Source: Candidatus Iainarchaeum sp. (lineage in GTDB: Archaea > Iainarchaeota > Iainarchaeia > Iainarchaeales > GCA-2688035). Taken from it: 64,000 nt of DNA. The stretch's first letter is position 1, and every line of letters begins with the position of its first letter. The DNA lies in contig JAFCCO010000002.1 of NCBI GenBank assembly GCA_017610175.1, forward strand, positions 1 through 64,000, written 5' to 3'. A model generated the notes under the pieces. It did not search any database. It was not told the origin of the DNA and saw nothing but the letters and a program-made list of their open reading frames with translations. A program made the translations under genes and the position numbers. Positions 47,268 through 57,846 of this stretch are shown here, one piece after another.

Positions 47268-47268
47268 C

Positions 47269-47300
47269 TAATTTTTTCTTTTCAAAAAAGAAAAAAATTA
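47269..47300 (+). terminator. Oligo-T tract followed by a complementary A tract
   Basis: TAATTTTTTCTTTT-C-AAAAAAGAAAAAAATTA, an imperfect inverted repeat. Confidence 0.45.
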
Positions 47301-47351
47301 ACCAAAAGAAAACTAAAATGAAAACTGAAAACAGAACCCAGTGAACAAACG

Positions 47352-48950
47352 ATGATTTCAGAAAAGGAACTCGGAAAGTTTGGAAAGGGAACAATTGTTC
47401 CAATAGTAAAGGAAATAAGTAGCGGCCAGCATGCCCTAGACTTCTTTGCAAAGCTTTCAGATTACGGCAGGCAGAAAAACTCAATTCTCCTTGAGTCGGC
47501 CGATGTAATGAAGAAGTACGGTGAAAAAAGCATCGGTTCAGCAGACCCATGCCTCAAAGTGCAGGGGACGGGGTCCGAATTTGAAATTGCCGCGCTAAAT
47601 TCGCTTGGGGAAAACTTTCTTGAATTCATTAAGCCAGGCCTTGGTTTTGTAAAGGACATTGAATTCTCAAAGGACTCAATCAAGGGAACGCTCTCGGTTG
47701 CTGCCGGAAACGTAAGCGAGGAAGAAAGGCTCAGGCTCAAAACACACGCAGACATTCTTCGCGCAATCTCCTTCGCATTCAAGCCAAGCCAGAAGCCGTT
47801 TACCCCATACTCCGGCTTGTTTGGTGCAATCTCCTATGATTTCATTGACCAGTTTGAAAAGCTTCCCGCAAACAGGCAGGACAAGCTAAACGACCCGGAT
47901 TATGAATTGCTTTTTCTCGACAACCTTTTCCACGTGGACCACGAAAAGCAAAAGTATTCCTTTGTTGCGAACGCGCTTCTCACAACCGATGATACCGGAC
48001 CTGTTTATGAAAAATGCCTGAAGAGAATTGATGCGATGGAGAAAATCCTCTCCAAGGAAATTCCTGAAAGCAAAAAGGTTTCGAAGAAGGTTGAGATTCA
48101 AACAGACGTTTCGGACAAGGAGTACGCTGAAATAGTTGAAAAAATGAAGGAACACATTACTGCAGGGGACGTTTTCCAGATTGTTCCAAGCAGAACATTT
48201 TCTACAAAGGTGTCTGCAGAGCCGCTTGACATTTACTCAAAGCTTCGCGAGCTAAATCCCTCACCCTACATGTTTTATTTCAGGAATCAGTTGGGTATAT
48301 TGCTTGGAAGCAGCCCTGAAACATTTCTCAAGGTAGAGGGTGGGAAAGAGAAAACGATTGAAATCAGACCGATTGCGGGAACGCGCAGGCGCGGCATTGT
48401 AAACGGAAAAATTGACGAGAAGCTTGACTTGGAGCTGGAAAAAGAGCTTCGCGCCGATGAAAAGGAGCTTGCAGAGCACACAATGCTTGTTGACCTTGCA
48501 AGAAACGACGTTGCGCGCGTTTCAAAGCCGGGAACAAGGCATGTGGACAAGCTGCATATTGTTGAGAGATACAGCCATGTAATGCACTTGGTGAGCAGTG
48601 TGCACGGGACACTCAAGCCCGAGCTTGACGCTTTGCATGCATACCTTGCCTCAATGAATATGGGAACCCTTACCGGCGCACCAAAGATTAAGGCAATGGA
48701 GCTCTTAAGAAAATACGAAAAGAACAAGCGCGGCTTTTACGGCGGGTCGGTTGGGTACTTTACGCCAAGCGGCGACTTTGACTCCTGCATTGTAATCAGA
48801 AGCATGCGCATCAAAAAGGGTGAAGCATTCATTCGCGCGGGCGCCGGAATTGTTTTTGATTCAGTTCCCAAAAAAGAGGCTGCTGAAACAACCGCAAAGG
48901 CACAATCCTGCATTTCAGCAATTAAGAAGGCACAGGGGGACTTCGAGTGA
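47352..48950 (+). CDS. trpE: Anthranilate synthase component I
   Basis: LLES, NPSPYM, GSSPE, RPIAGT, EHTMLVDLARND, GTLTGAPK. Confidence 0.95.
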   Translation: MISEKELGKFGKGTIVPIVKEISSGQHALDFFAKLSDYGRQKNSILLESADVMKKYGEKSIGSADPCLKVQGTGSEFEIAALNSLGENFLEFIKPGLGFVKDIEFSKDSIKGTLSVAAGNVSEEERLRLKTHADILRAISFAFKPSQKPFTPYSGLFGAISYDFIDQFEKLPANRQDKLNDPDYELLFLDNLFHVDHEKQKYSFVANALLTTDDTGPVYEKCLKRIDAMEKILSKEIPESKKVSKKVEIQTDVSDKEYAEIVEKMKEHITAGDVFQIVPSRTFSTKVSAEPLDIYSKLRELNPSPYMFYFRNQLGILLGSSPETFLKVEGGKEKTIEIRPIAGTRRRGIVNGKIDEKLDLELEKELRADEKELAEHTMLVDLARNDVARVSKPGTRHVDKLHIVERYSHVMHLVSSVHGTLKPELDALHAYLASMNMGTLTGAPKIKAMELLRKYEKNKRGFYGGSVGYFTPSGDFDSCIVIRSMRIKKGEAFIRAGAGIVFDSVPKKEAAETTAKAQSCISAIKKAQGDFE

Positions 48951-49528
48951 ACGTTTTATTCATTGACAACTTTGATTCATTCACCTACAACCTTGTGGAC
49001 GAGTTTGCAAAACGCGGCTGTGAGGTCCGGGTTTACAGGAACGACGCTCCGCTTGAGAAAATTGAGCAGGTTGTTTTGGAATTTAACCCGGCTCTTATAG
49101 TGATAAGCCCCGGTCCGTCAACTCCAAAGGATGCGGGGGTCTCAATTTCCGCAATAAAGGAGTTTGCGGGAAAAGTTCCGATTTTTGGAATCTGCCTGGG
49201 GCACCAGTGCATTGTTGAGGCATTTGAGGGGGAGGTAGGGCAGGCGCCTGAAATAGTGCATGGAAAGCCGTCCCAAATCAAGCACGACGGCAAAACAATC
49301 TTCAAAAACATTGAAAACCCGTTTCAGGCAGGCCGTTACCACTCTCTGACAGGTTTAAATATTCCTTCGTGCCTTGAAGTTAGTGCAAAGGCAAACGATG
49401 TGGTTATGGGCGTAAGGCATCGCAAGCAATTCATTGAGGGAGTTCAATTCCACCCGGAAAGCATTCTTACAAGGGAAGGCGGGAAAATTATTGAAAATTT
49501 AATTAAATTGTGCGGGAACAAAAAATGA
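48947..49528 (+). CDS. trpG: Anthranilate synthase component II
   Basis: IDNFDSFTYNL, SPGP, GICLGHQ, QFHPES. Confidence 0.95.
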   Translation: MNVLFIDNFDSFTYNLVDEFAKRGCEVRVYRNDAPLEKIEQVVLEFNPALIVISPGPSTPKDAGVSISAIKEFAGKVPIFGICLGHQCIVEAFEGEVGQAPEIVHGKPSQIKHDGKTIFKNIENPFQAGRYHSLTGLNIPSCLEVSAKANDVVMGVRHRKQFIEGVQFHPESILTREGGKIIENLIKLCGNKK

Positions 49529-50541
49529 TTGGGCAATTTGTTGAAAAGGCTTCAAAAGGGGAAAACCTTTCAAGGAAAGAGGCAAGGGAGGCATTTGACC
49601 TCATAATGGCCGGAAAGGTTGAAACACCTGAAATTAAGGAACTGCTTATTGCACTGCGCGACAAGGGCGAAACAATTGATGAGATAAGCGGTGCAGCCGA
49701 AAGCATGAAAGATGTTGTTGCAAACGTTTCCCCAAAAACAGACAAGCCATTGCTTGACATTGTTGGAACAGGCGGCGACTGCAAGAGCACAATCAATGTA
49801 AGCACAGCGTCAGCCTTTGTTGCCGCAGGGGCAGGATGCATTGTTGCAAAGCACGGAAACAGGAGTGTTTCCAGCAAATGCGGCTCTGCTGATGTTCTTG
49901 AAAAGCTGGGCGTAAAGCTTGAGTGCGGCAACGAGAAAAACACGCGGATGATTGAAAAGATTGGCATTGCTTTTTTGTTCGCGCCATGCCACCACCCTGC
50001 AATGAAATTTGCAATTCCTGCGCGAAAGGAAATCGGGACAAGGACAATTTTCAACATTTTAGGGCCGCTCACAAATCCAGCAAATGCACAAACTTTCTTG
50101 CTCGGGATATTCTCTCTTGAGCTGGCGGAGAATCTTGCAGGCGTTCTGGCCAATCTAAAAATAGGGCACGCGCTTGTTGTGCACGGCAACGACGGCTTTG
50201 ACGAGATTTCGGTCAGCGATGCGACAACGGTTTTTGAGGTAAAGGGCGGAAAGATTGAACGCTATGAAATTTCACCTGAACAGTTTGGGTTTCAGCGTGC
50301 AAACGAGAGGGATATAAAGGTGTCAAGCATTGAGGAAAATGCAACCGTTCTGAAGGCAATTCTTTCAGGGAAGGAAAAGGACGCAAAGCGGGACATCGTT
50401 GTTTTTAATGCGGGTGCGGCAATCTACGTAAACAATCTTGCTTCAAGCATTGGAGAGGGAATTGAAAAGGCCAGGCAAAGCATTGATTCGGGCTCGGCGC
50501 TTAAAAAACTTGAACAGCTTGTAGAGGAGAGCGGCAAATGA
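49525..50541 (+). CDS. trpD: Anthranilate phosphoribosyltransferase
   Basis: DIVGTGGD, KHGNRSVSSKCGSAD, GPLTNPA. Confidence 0.96.
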   Translation: MIGQFVEKASKGENLSRKEAREAFDLIMAGKVETPEIKELLIALRDKGETIDEISGAAESMKDVVANVSPKTDKPLLDIVGTGGDCKSTINVSTASAFVAAGAGCIVAKHGNRSVSSKCGSADVLEKLGVKLECGNEKNTRMIEKIGIAFLFAPCHHPAMKFAIPARKEIGTRTIFNILGPLTNPANAQTFLLGIFSLELAENLAGVLANLKIGHALVVHGNDGFDEISVSDATTVFEVKGGKIERYEISPEQFGFQRANERDIKVSSIEENATVLKAILSGKEKDAKRDIVVFNAGAAIYVNNLASSIGEGIEKARQSIDSGSALKKLEQLVEESGK

Positions 50542-51314
50542 AGGGATTATTGCGCGACATTGTTGCCGCGAAAAAGATTGAAGTCAAGGCTAAGAGGAAA
50601 GAGGTTCCCTTGAACGAGCTTGAGCCAAGTGTAAAGCCGGCCGAACACGGTTTCAGGCAGGCGCTTGAATCAAAGAAGCATGCAATAAACCTCATTGCCG
50701 AACTGAAAAAGGCCTCTCCCTTGTCGGGCGTTCTTCGTGAGGACTTTGATGTAAAGAAAATCGCGTCAATTTATAACAGGCATGCACAGGCAATTTCGGT
50801 TATTACCGATGAAAAGTTTTTCCAGGGAAAAGCAGAGTACATCAAGCAGGTAAAAGAGGTTTCTTCACTCCCTGTTCTGCGAAAGGACTTTGTGATTGAC
50901 GAATACCAGCTTTACGAAAGCCTTGCAATGGGGGCAGATGCGGTTTTGCTTATTGCGTCAATTGTTTCAAAGCAAAAGCTCCAGAAAATGATGCGTCTTG
51001 CAAAAGAAATTGGAATTCAGGCCCTTGTGGAGGTTCACTCCAGCCAGGATTTTGAGCGCGCGTTCTCGCACGACCTTGAAATAATTGGGGTAAACAACCG
51101 CGACCTTGAAACAATGAAAATAAGCCTTAATTCGTTTGAGAGAATTAGGCAGCTCATTCCGGAGGATCGGGTAATTGTTGCGGAGTCAGGCTACTCCACA
51201 AAACAGCACATTGACTCAATTAAGGGAAAGGCCGATGCTGTTCTGATGGGCTCGGTTTTAATGAAGGCAGAGGATATTGATGCAAAACTTGAGGAGCTTG
51301 GTTTCGTTGGTTGA
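50538..51314 (+). CDS. trpC: Indole-3-glycerol phosphate synthase
   Basis: IAELKKASP, LRKDF, GVNNRDL, AESG. Confidence 0.96.
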   Translation: MKGLLRDIVAAKKIEVKAKRKEVPLNELEPSVKPAEHGFRQALESKKHAINLIAELKKASPLSGVLREDFDVKKIASIYNRHAQAISVITDEKFFQGKAEYIKQVKEVSSLPVLRKDFVIDEYQLYESLAMGADAVLLIASIVSKQKLQKMMRLAKEIGIQALVEVHSSQDFERAFSHDLEIIGVNNRDLETMKISLNSFERIRQLIPEDRVIVAESGYSTKQHIDSIKGKADAVLMGSVLMKAEDIDAKLEELGFVG

Positions 51315-51918
51315 GATAAAATTCTGCGGGTTCACCGATGAGAAAGACGCCCTTCAGGCCTGCTCCCTTGGGATAGACTTTATAGGGTTTAATTTTGTTA
51401 AGGAAAGCAAGCGCTTTGTTTCCCCCGAAAAAGCAAAGGAAATCATTTCCGCACTTCCTGAGCGGGTGAAAAAGGTGGGCGTTTTTGCGGACGAGCCGGT
51501 TCAGCGCGTTAACTTCATCAAGCGATACTGCGGCCTTGACATGCTTCAGTTCCACGGTTTTGAAACACCTGAGTACTGCTCGCAGTTTAGGAATTATATT
51601 AAGGCTTTCAGGGTAAAGGATGCCGATTCGCTTGAGGCAGTCTCAAAATATGGCACAGAGTACGTTCTTCTGGACACTTTTGTGGAGGACAAGCTTGGCG
51701 GGACAGGAAAGAGATTTAATTGGGCCATTGCAAAAGAGGTTTTGGATAAAAAGGTTTTTTTAGCTGGTGGTCTTAATTATAATAATGTAGCGCAGGCAAT
51801 TGAGGAATCAAAACCCTTTGCGGTTGATGTTGCCTCGGGAATTGAGAGCGCTGCAGGCAGAAAGGACTTGGATTTGATGAGAAAATTTGTTGAGGCGGTG
51901 AAGGGCATTGAAGCATAG
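51307..51918 (+). CDS. trpF: Phosphoribosylanthranilate isomerase
   Basis: IKFCG, QFHG.E, GGTG..FNW, LAGGL, DVASGIE. Confidence 0.94.
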   Translation: MVEIKFCGFTDEKDALQACSLGIDFIGFNFVKESKRFVSPEKAKEIISALPERVKKVGVFADEPVQRVNFIKRYCGLDMLQFHGFETPEYCSQFRNYIKAFRVKDADSLEAVSKYGTEYVLLDTFVEDKLGGTGKRFNWAIAKEVLDKKVFLAGGLNYNNVAQAIEESKPFAVDVASGIESAAGRKDLDLMRKFVEAVKGIEA

Positions 51919-53095
51919 CGGAAAATTTGGCGAGTATGGCGGAATATTTATTCCCGAAACACTCATGCCCGCGCTTGAAGAGCTTGAAACCGCATTTTAC
52001 GAAAGCAAAAAAGACGGCGCTTTTAAAAAGGAATTTGACCATCTTCTCAAAACATTTGTGGGCAGGCCAACAGCGCTTACTTTTGCGGAAACACTCAGCA
52101 AAAAGCTCGGTTGCAGGGTTTATTTGAAGCGAGAGGACCTTGCGCACACCGGGGCGCACAAGATTAACAACGCCCTTGGCCAGGCACTTCTTGCAAAGAA
52201 AATGGGAAAGAAAAGAATTATTGCCGAAACAGGGGCGGGCCAGCATGGCACTGCAACTGCAATTGCCGCAGCAAAGCTTGGTTTTGAGTGTGATGTTTAT
52301 ATGGGCGAAGTTGATATTGAAAGGCAGAAGCCAAACGTTTTTAGGATGAAGCTTGCGGGGGCGGGCGTTCTGCCTGTTTCAAGCGGAAGCCGCACACTAA
52401 AGGATGCGATAAATGAGGCGCTTAGGGACTGGACTGCTTCATGCGAGGACACATATTACCTGCTTGGCTCCGTTCTCGGACCGCATCCCTATCCTGAGAT
52501 GGTTGCACATTTTCAAAGCGTAATCGGGCAGGAGGCAAGAAAGCAGATTCTTGAGGCTGAGGGAAAGCTTCCAAAAACAATTATTGCCTGCGTTGGCGGG
52601 GGAAGCAATGCAATAGGAATTTTTAAGGAATTTATTCAGGACAAAGATGTTGAATTGATTGGTGTTGAAGCAGGCGGCCTTGGGATTAAGGGTGGAAAGC
52701 ATGCGGCGCGGTTTGCCGACCCAAAGCTTGGGCGGAAGGGTGTGCTGCATGGCACCTTAACCTATGTGCTGCAGGACAAGTTTGGGCAGATTTACAACAC
52801 ACACAGTGTTTCAGCAGGCCTTGATTACAGCGCGGTTGGCCCTGAACACAGCATGCTTCGCGATATGGGTCGGGCAAAGTATACCTATGCGACAGATTCA
52901 GAAGCCCTGGCGGCATTCAAACTTTTAAGCGAGGTTGAGGGGATTATTCCTGCCCTTGAGTCATCGCATGCGGTGGCGCACTTGTTAAAGTATGCCAAGC
53001 ACTGCAAAAAGGACGATGTGGTAATAGTTAACATTAGCGGCCGCGGGGACAAGGACATTTTCCACGTTGCAGACCAGTTGGGTGAGAAGATTTGA
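51908..53095 (+). CDS. trpB: Tryptophan synthase beta chain (TrpB1)
   Basis: [31 protein letters not shown]. Confidence 0.97.
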   Translation: MKHSGKFGEYGGIFIPETLMPALEELETAFYESKKDGAFKKEFDHLLKTFVGRPTALTFAETLSKKLGCRVYLKREDLAHTGAHKINNALGQALLAKKMGKKRIIAETGAGQHGTATAIAAAKLGFECDVYMGEVDIERQKPNVFRMKLAGAGVLPVSSGSRTLKDAINEALRDWTASCEDTYYLLGSVLGPHPYPEMVAHFQSVIGQEARKQILEAEGKLPKTIIACVGGGSNAIGIFKEFIQDKDVELIGVEAGGLGIKGGKHAARFADPKLGRKGVLHGTLTYVLQDKFGQIYNTHSVSAGLDYSAVGPEHSMLRDMGRAKYTYATDSEALAAFKLLSEVEGIIPALESSHAVAHLLKYAKHCKKDDVVIVNISGRGDKDIFHVADQLGEKI

Positions 53096-53913
53096 ACAGA
53101 TTCGAGCGCATGTCTGCAAGGCTGAGGCCAAAGGGAGAGGGCGCATTAATGCCTTTTGTGGTTCTTGGCGACCCAAATTATGAGCAGTCGCTTGAGCTAA
53201 TCAAAACACTTATTGACAATGGAGCGGACGCGCTTGAGCTTGGTTTTCCGTTTTCCGACCCTATTGCGGACGGTTCAACCGTGCAGGAAGCGGACCAGAG
53301 AGCGCTTGCTTCCGGGATGAACACGGACAAGTGCTTTTCTCTCTTAAAGGAAATAAGGGAATACAATTCTGATATTCCAATCGGGCTGCTTGTTTACTAC
53401 AACCTTGTTTTTCAAAGGGGTTTGTCCAGCTTTTGCGGGGATGCAAAAAAGGCAGGTGTTGATGCCTTGCTTATAGCGGATATGCCTATTGAGGAGTCAA
53501 ACGCAATTATGGGTGCGTCCTGGAAGCACGGGATTTCACAGGTTTTTCTGGTTGCTCCAACAACAGGCGATGCGAGAATAAAGCAGATTGCGTCCCTTTG
53601 CTCGGGCTATCTTTACATTGTTTCCCGCTTGGGCGTTACGGGAGCAAGGGATTCGCTGCAGGTAAGCACACTTGAACTTGTTCAAAGGGTAAGAAAACAC
53701 ACTCAACTTCCTTTGATGGTTGGTTTTGGAATAAGCAAACCCATGCACATACATGATGTTATTGCGGCGGGAGCGGACGGCGCAATTGTTGGCTCCGCTT
53801 TAATTAAGATTGTTTCAAAAAATCTTGTTAATCGCCGAAAAATGCTCAAAGACGTTGCCTCATTCATTGCCGAACTCAAGAAGGCAACAGTTTCCAAACC
53901 GGGCAAAAACTAG
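53092..53913 (+). CDS. trpA: Tryptophan synthase alpha chain
   Basis: [29 protein letters not shown]. Confidence 0.97.
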   Translation: MNRFERMSARLRPKGEGALMPFVVLGDPNYEQSLELIKTLIDNGADALELGFPFSDPIADGSTVQEADQRALASGMNTDKCFSLLKEIREYNSDIPIGLLVYYNLVFQRGLSSFCGDAKKAGVDALLIADMPIEESNAIMGASWKHGISQVFLVAPTTGDARIKQIASLCSGYLYIVSRLGVTGARDSLQVSTLELVQRVRKHTQLPLMVGFGISKPMHIHDVIAAGADGAIVGSALIKIVSKNLVNRRKMLKDVASFIAELKKATVSKPGKN

Positions 53914-53949
53914 GTTTTTAAACTAACTCGCGGCTTAAATTATTACATC

Positions 53950-54021
53950 GGGCCCTTAGTCTAGTGGTAGGACGCATCCTTCGCAAGGATGAGATCCCGG
54001 GTTCAATCCCCGGAGGGTCCA
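53950..54021 (+). tRNA. tRNA-Ala(CGC)
   Basis: Acceptor GGGCCCT/AGGGTCC with G3:U70; anticodon loop TT-CGC-AA; T loop TTCAATC. Confidence 0.95.
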
Positions 54022-54168
54022 TTTTTACCCTTTTTCTGCTTCTAACCTCCTTTTGCAACTTTTTAAAGTTAATTTGCAAAGCAAAGCTTTTTATATTTGA
54101 AAACGTTTCTTATATTAAATTCACATTGGAATTAGTGTGGTGAAACAAGGAAAAGGAGGTGAAAAGCA

Positions 54169-54870
54169 TTGGTTGAAGCATTTACTGGCGAACAAGTGGT
54201 AGATTTAATAGTCGCCCCATGGGCAGAGGCTATTACAGCTAGCGTAATCGCTGTTTTGGTTATTGCACTTGCTTTTGTAGTTGGATTCTACGTTAGCAAA
54301 TACATTGCGCAAATAATCGAAATGGCTTTGCAGAAAGCCAAAGTGGAAAAGTGGATTGATGACAACAGTCTTGGAACAGCATTGCTTGGTTTCAGGTTAA
54401 CCCAGATTATTGTTGTTTGGGTAAAAGTTTACATCATCGCTGCCGCTATTGGAACAGGTTTTGCATTGGTTAGCAGTGACCTGCCTATTGTTGCCACGAT
54501 CAACGGCTTTATTGAGTACATGGGAACATTGGCTTCTTCATTGGTCATAATTGTTGGCGCTTTGTTTATTGCAAAGTACATCAGCAACGAGATCAAAAAG
54601 GGAGACGTCTTGTTCAGCACACAGATCGCTGGAGCCATTCACTTGGCGATAGCTTACTTTGTGGCAGTGTCAACGTTGCCAAATCTGCTTCCGGGACCTG
54701 GAGAAGTAATAGCTGATTTGCTAACTTTCTTCCTACAGGCACTGGTTGTTGGAATAGGTCTGGCAATAGGTTTGGCTTTCGGGCTTGGCCTAAAGGATGT
54801 CATTTCAAAGAGCGCTGCAAAGAATCAGGCAGCAATCGAGAAATACATTGTAAACTTGGGAAAGAAGTAA
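54169..54870 (+). CDS. CmpX-like (MscS-associated TM-helix repeat) membrane protein
   Basis: Repeated GFYVSKYI/ALFIAKYI helices, LAIGLAFGLG.KD; strong GGAGGTGA SD. Confidence 0.7.
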   Translation: MVEAFTGEQVVDLIVAPWAEAITASVIAVLVIALAFVVGFYVSKYIAQIIEMALQKAKVEKWIDDNSLGTALLGFRLTQIIVVWVKVYIIAAAIGTGFALVSSDLPIVATINGFIEYMGTLASSLVIIVGALFIAKYISNEIKKGDVLFSTQIAGAIHLAIAYFVAVSTLPNLLPGPGEVIADLLTFFLQALVVGIGLAIGLAFGLGLKDVISKSAAKNQAAIEKYIVNLGKK

Positions 54871-54911
54871 ACCAACTACTTTCCCCTCCTTTTCTTTTTT
54901 TTTTAACGCGT

Positions 54912-55628
54912 TCAGGCTTCGCCCTCTAATGAGAAATAGATTCTTCTGTTGTTCTTTCCCTTGTTTTTCATTCCCTCAATCTTAATCTTTCCAACTTCAT
55001 CAGTATTCCTAACGTGGGTTCCACCATCAGCGGTTATATCAACTCCGCCAATGTCCACAATCCTAAGCACTTCAACAGCCTTTGGAAGCTTGTCCTTTAG
55101 CCTAATAATTCCCGGAATCTTAAACGCCTCTTCCCTTGGCAAAAACTTCACTTCAATCGGAAGATTTCTTGCAAGCAGTTCATTCGCTTTCTCCACAAAT
55201 CCGTTAAGCAATTCACGGTCGAAATTTTCCACACAAAAGTCCATTCTGCTCTTTTCAACATCCAATTGGTTGCCGCTGATTAGCGCACCGGTTTCGCCAA
55301 AAATCACGTTGTGCAAAATGTGTGCGGCAGTATGCATTCTCATAAGCTTGTAGCGCCTTTTCCAGTCAAGAACACACAAAACATTGTCTCCCTCTTTTAA
55401 GCCCTGCTCGCTGACTTCATAGCTTACATCTGTTCCAAAATCCTTGCCAAAAAGCACGTTGAATTCATTCCCCTGCAGGATAATTTTTCCAAAATCAGAG
55501 GGTTGCCCTCCCTTCTCAGGATAGAATGCGCTCTTGTCAAGCACAACAAATTTTGAAGCAGTTACCTTTTCAATTCTGGCTCTCCACTCCCTGATGTAGG
55601 AGTTTTTCATCCAGAGTTTTTCAGTCAT
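54912..55628 (-). CDS. alaXM: Alanyl-tRNA editing protein AlaX-M
   Basis: FYPEKGGQPSD, RMHTAAH, DGGTHV, NKGKNNRRI. Confidence 0.92.
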   Translation of the reverse strand: MTEKLWMKNSYIREWRARIEKVTASKFVVLDKSAFYPEKGGQPSDFGKIILQGNEFNVLFGKDFGTDVSYEVSEQGLKEGDNVLCVLDWKRRYKLMRMHTAAHILHNVIFGETGALISGNQLDVEKSRMDFCVENFDRELLNGFVEKANELLARNLPIEVKFLPREEAFKIPGIIRLKDKLPKAVEVLRIVDIGGVDITADGGTHVRNTDEVGKIKIEGMKNKGKNNRRIYFSLEGEA

Positions 55629-56721
55629 TTTGCTTTCCCGAAACTTCGTTGACGGCTTTTACAAACAGACCGGCACTCCATGCATAAAAAGGTTCCGACT
55701 TAAGCAGCAGTGAATTAATCGGTTTTCCCTCAAAGAAAACCTCGTGCACAGAGCCGTTTCCATTAATCACCTGCGCAATTCTCTTAAGTTCCTGCTTCGG
55801 CTCTTTCTTCAGTCCAATTTTCTTCATTGCAATCGCATTCAGTGAGCCCAGCCACAGCCAGCTGCTTGTGTTGTGGTAGTGGTATGCATCAAGTGGAAAC
55901 AGCCCGGGCGGAATTCTCCAAAAAGGGTATGCCGGGTAGTTTGCCTGAAGAGGCACCTTGCTTAGTTGGTGCTGCTTTATTTTGTTCTGGATCATTTGCC
56001 CCTGCTCTTTGTCGGCAATTCCAAAAAGAATTGAAAGCACGTTCCCGTCAGCACAAAAGTTGTCGTGCCTTGTCAAATCAATCCAGTCCGCGTAATAATT
56101 TCCCTGCCAGAACTTGCTGTTTATCTGCTGCTTAACCCTTTCTGCAAGCCTTGAGTGCTCCTCCGCAACCTTGTCAAGCTTCATTAACTCGGCAAGCTCT
56201 GCAAAATCCTTCAGTGCCTTGTAGTAAAGGCAGTTTGAGTAAAGAACTTTTCCGCTTTTCAGCACGGTTTCCTGCCAGCCGGCAAAAAAGGGCTCCTCCA
56301 AAAGCAGGTCCCGATCAAAGTCCCTGCGTTTCAGCCAGGTTATTGCCTTTCTTGCGTTCTCAAAATGCTTTTGCACAAACTTTCTGTCCCTTGACTTGTC
56401 GTAATAATCCTTTAGTGCAATTACCGCAAGCGCGTTCCCATCTAGGGGCTCTGAGACAATGTGGTGAAAGTGGGGCTTTAGCTTGTATTCTATCCGGTGT
56501 GGGATTAGCCCGTCCCTTCTCTGCTTTGCAAAAAACAGGTCAAGTGATTTCCAGGAAGCGGTAAATTCGCCCATGCTGTTTGCGCCAAGCGAGGCAAAGA
56601 AAGAGTTTCTTGCCTTGTAATAGTTCATTTTGCCCCTGCCGGCAAGAATGCCGTGTTCGGCAAAACAATTGTGTAAATCCCTTAATGCAATGTTAAAAGC
56701 TTCCTTAACCTCTGGATGCAT
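55621..56721 (-). CDS. Six-hairpin glycoside hydrolase-like protein (amylo-alpha-1,6-glucosidase/invertase-like)
   Basis: ARNSFFAS (degenerate W.RD), QRRDGLIP, YHN.SSWLW, E...AWSAG. Confidence 0.65.
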   Translation of the reverse strand: MHPEVKEAFNIALRDLHNCFAEHGILAGRGKMNYYKARNSFFASLGANSMGEFTASWKSLDLFFAKQRRDGLIPHRIEYKLKPHFHHIVSEPLDGNALAVIALKDYYDKSRDRKFVQKHFENARKAITWLKRRDFDRDLLLEEPFFAGWQETVLKSGKVLYSNCLYYKALKDFAELAELMKLDKVAEEHSRLAERVKQQINSKFWQGNYYADWIDLTRHDNFCADGNVLSILFGIADKEQGQMIQNKIKQHQLSKVPLQANYPAYPFWRIPPGLFPLDAYHYHNTSSWLWLGSLNAIAMKKIGLKKEPKQELKRIAQVINGNGSVHEVFFEGKPINSLLLKSEPFYAWSAGLFVKAVNEVSGKQND

Positions 56722-56796
56722 TACTATTTATTTGTTTTTAAACAAATAAAACCATATGCTTTTGATGAGGCTTTTTCTAAAAAAGGCGGTTTTTGC

Positions 56797-57591
56797 TTGA
56801 ATTGCATAAAAGTCACAAAATCGGTGTTCAAAAAGCTTTCTTTCCCAAAACCAAAGAGCCGAAAATACCAAAACGGCCTTGTTCTGGTTATTGCAGGAGG
56901 CAAGCAATACCACGGAAGCCTTGTTTTTGCGGCCAAGGCAGCGGCCCGCATTGCAGACCTTGTTTTTATTTCCACAACCAAAAACAACTTTCAGATTGTG
57001 AAAAAATACTCCCCCACATTCATAGTCCACTCCCTTGCATCAGTCCGCAAGCTTGCCCGCAAGGCGGACTCAATCCTCATAGGTCCCGGAATTGAGGAAA
57101 GCAGGCGCATGAAAAAGCTTGTGAACGAGATAGTTTCCTCAAACAAGGACAAGGCAATTGTAATCGATGCCACCGCAATTTATCTTCTCAATCCAGGCAG
57201 GCTTCACTCCAACTGCGTTGTTACACCGCACGCACGTGAATTTGAGTCCCTTTTTGGGACGCCCCCCACAAAAGAGAACGTTGTTCGCGCAGCAAGGGAA
57301 CACAACTGCATTGTCTGCCTCAAGGGAGCGGTTGATTTTATTTCCAACGGAAAAAAGCTTTACTGCAATTACACCGGAAACGAGGGCATGACAAAGGGTG
57401 GAACAGGTGATGTGCTTGCAGGCTTGCTTGCAGCGTTCGCAGCCAAAAGCCCCCTGCTTGAGTCGGCGCTTGCGGCACACTACCTCAACGGCTTTGCAGG
57501 CGATCTGCTTAAAAAAGAGCGCGGCCTGATGTTTGATGCTGAGGATTTGATGGAAAAGGTTCCGCTTGCTTTGAAAAATTTAGGTAGATAG
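56797..57591 (+). CDS. nnrD: NAD(P)H-hydrate dehydratase
   Basis: VLVIAGG..YHG, IGPG, VIDA, TPHAREF, GGTGDVLAG. Confidence 0.9.
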   Translation: MNCIKVTKSVFKKLSFPKPKSRKYQNGLVLVIAGGKQYHGSLVFAAKAAARIADLVFISTTKNNFQIVKKYSPTFIVHSLASVRKLARKADSILIGPGIEESRRMKKLVNEIVSSNKDKAIVIDATAIYLLNPGRLHSNCVVTPHAREFESLFGTPPTKENVVRAAREHNCIVCLKGAVDFISNGKKLYCNYTGNEGMTKGGTGDVLAGLLAAFAAKSPLLESALAAHYLNGFAGDLLKKERGLMFDAEDLMEKVPLALKNLGR

Positions 57592-57606
57592 GTTTTTATT
57601 GATTAA

Positions 57607-57804
57607 AACACTTGTGGCGAATGCGCATTTGCACCTGTTCCAAACGGCGCTACATGCGGCTATGGGATGGTGTGCATCAATGCCGAGTGTGTTGAAATAG
57701 AGAAAGTGGTTGTTTCACAGCCAGAGGATTTTACTCTAATTTATGTGGCTATCGCAGTGCTTGTTGTTTTGGTAGCTACCGCGTATTATTACAAAAGAAT
57801 GTAA
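57607..57804 (+). pseudogene. 3' remnant of a Cys-rich membrane-anchored protein gene
   Basis: Frame CGEC..PNGATCGYGMVCINAECV..TM..YYYKRM*, with in-frame TAA immediately upstream. Confidence 0.55.
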
Positions 57805-57846
57805 TTACCCCCGCTCAATATAGTTAAAAGTGCAACAAAAGACAAC

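Noticed and set aside
47318-47344. Mini-ORF MKTENRTQ just before trpE
   Set aside because: No Trp codon, and it lies in A-rich low-complexity sequence; probably chance.
55010-55035. AlaX zinc motif DGGTH instead of CGGTH
   Set aside because: An Asp variant that I recall occurs in other AlaX-M proteins; not unusual.
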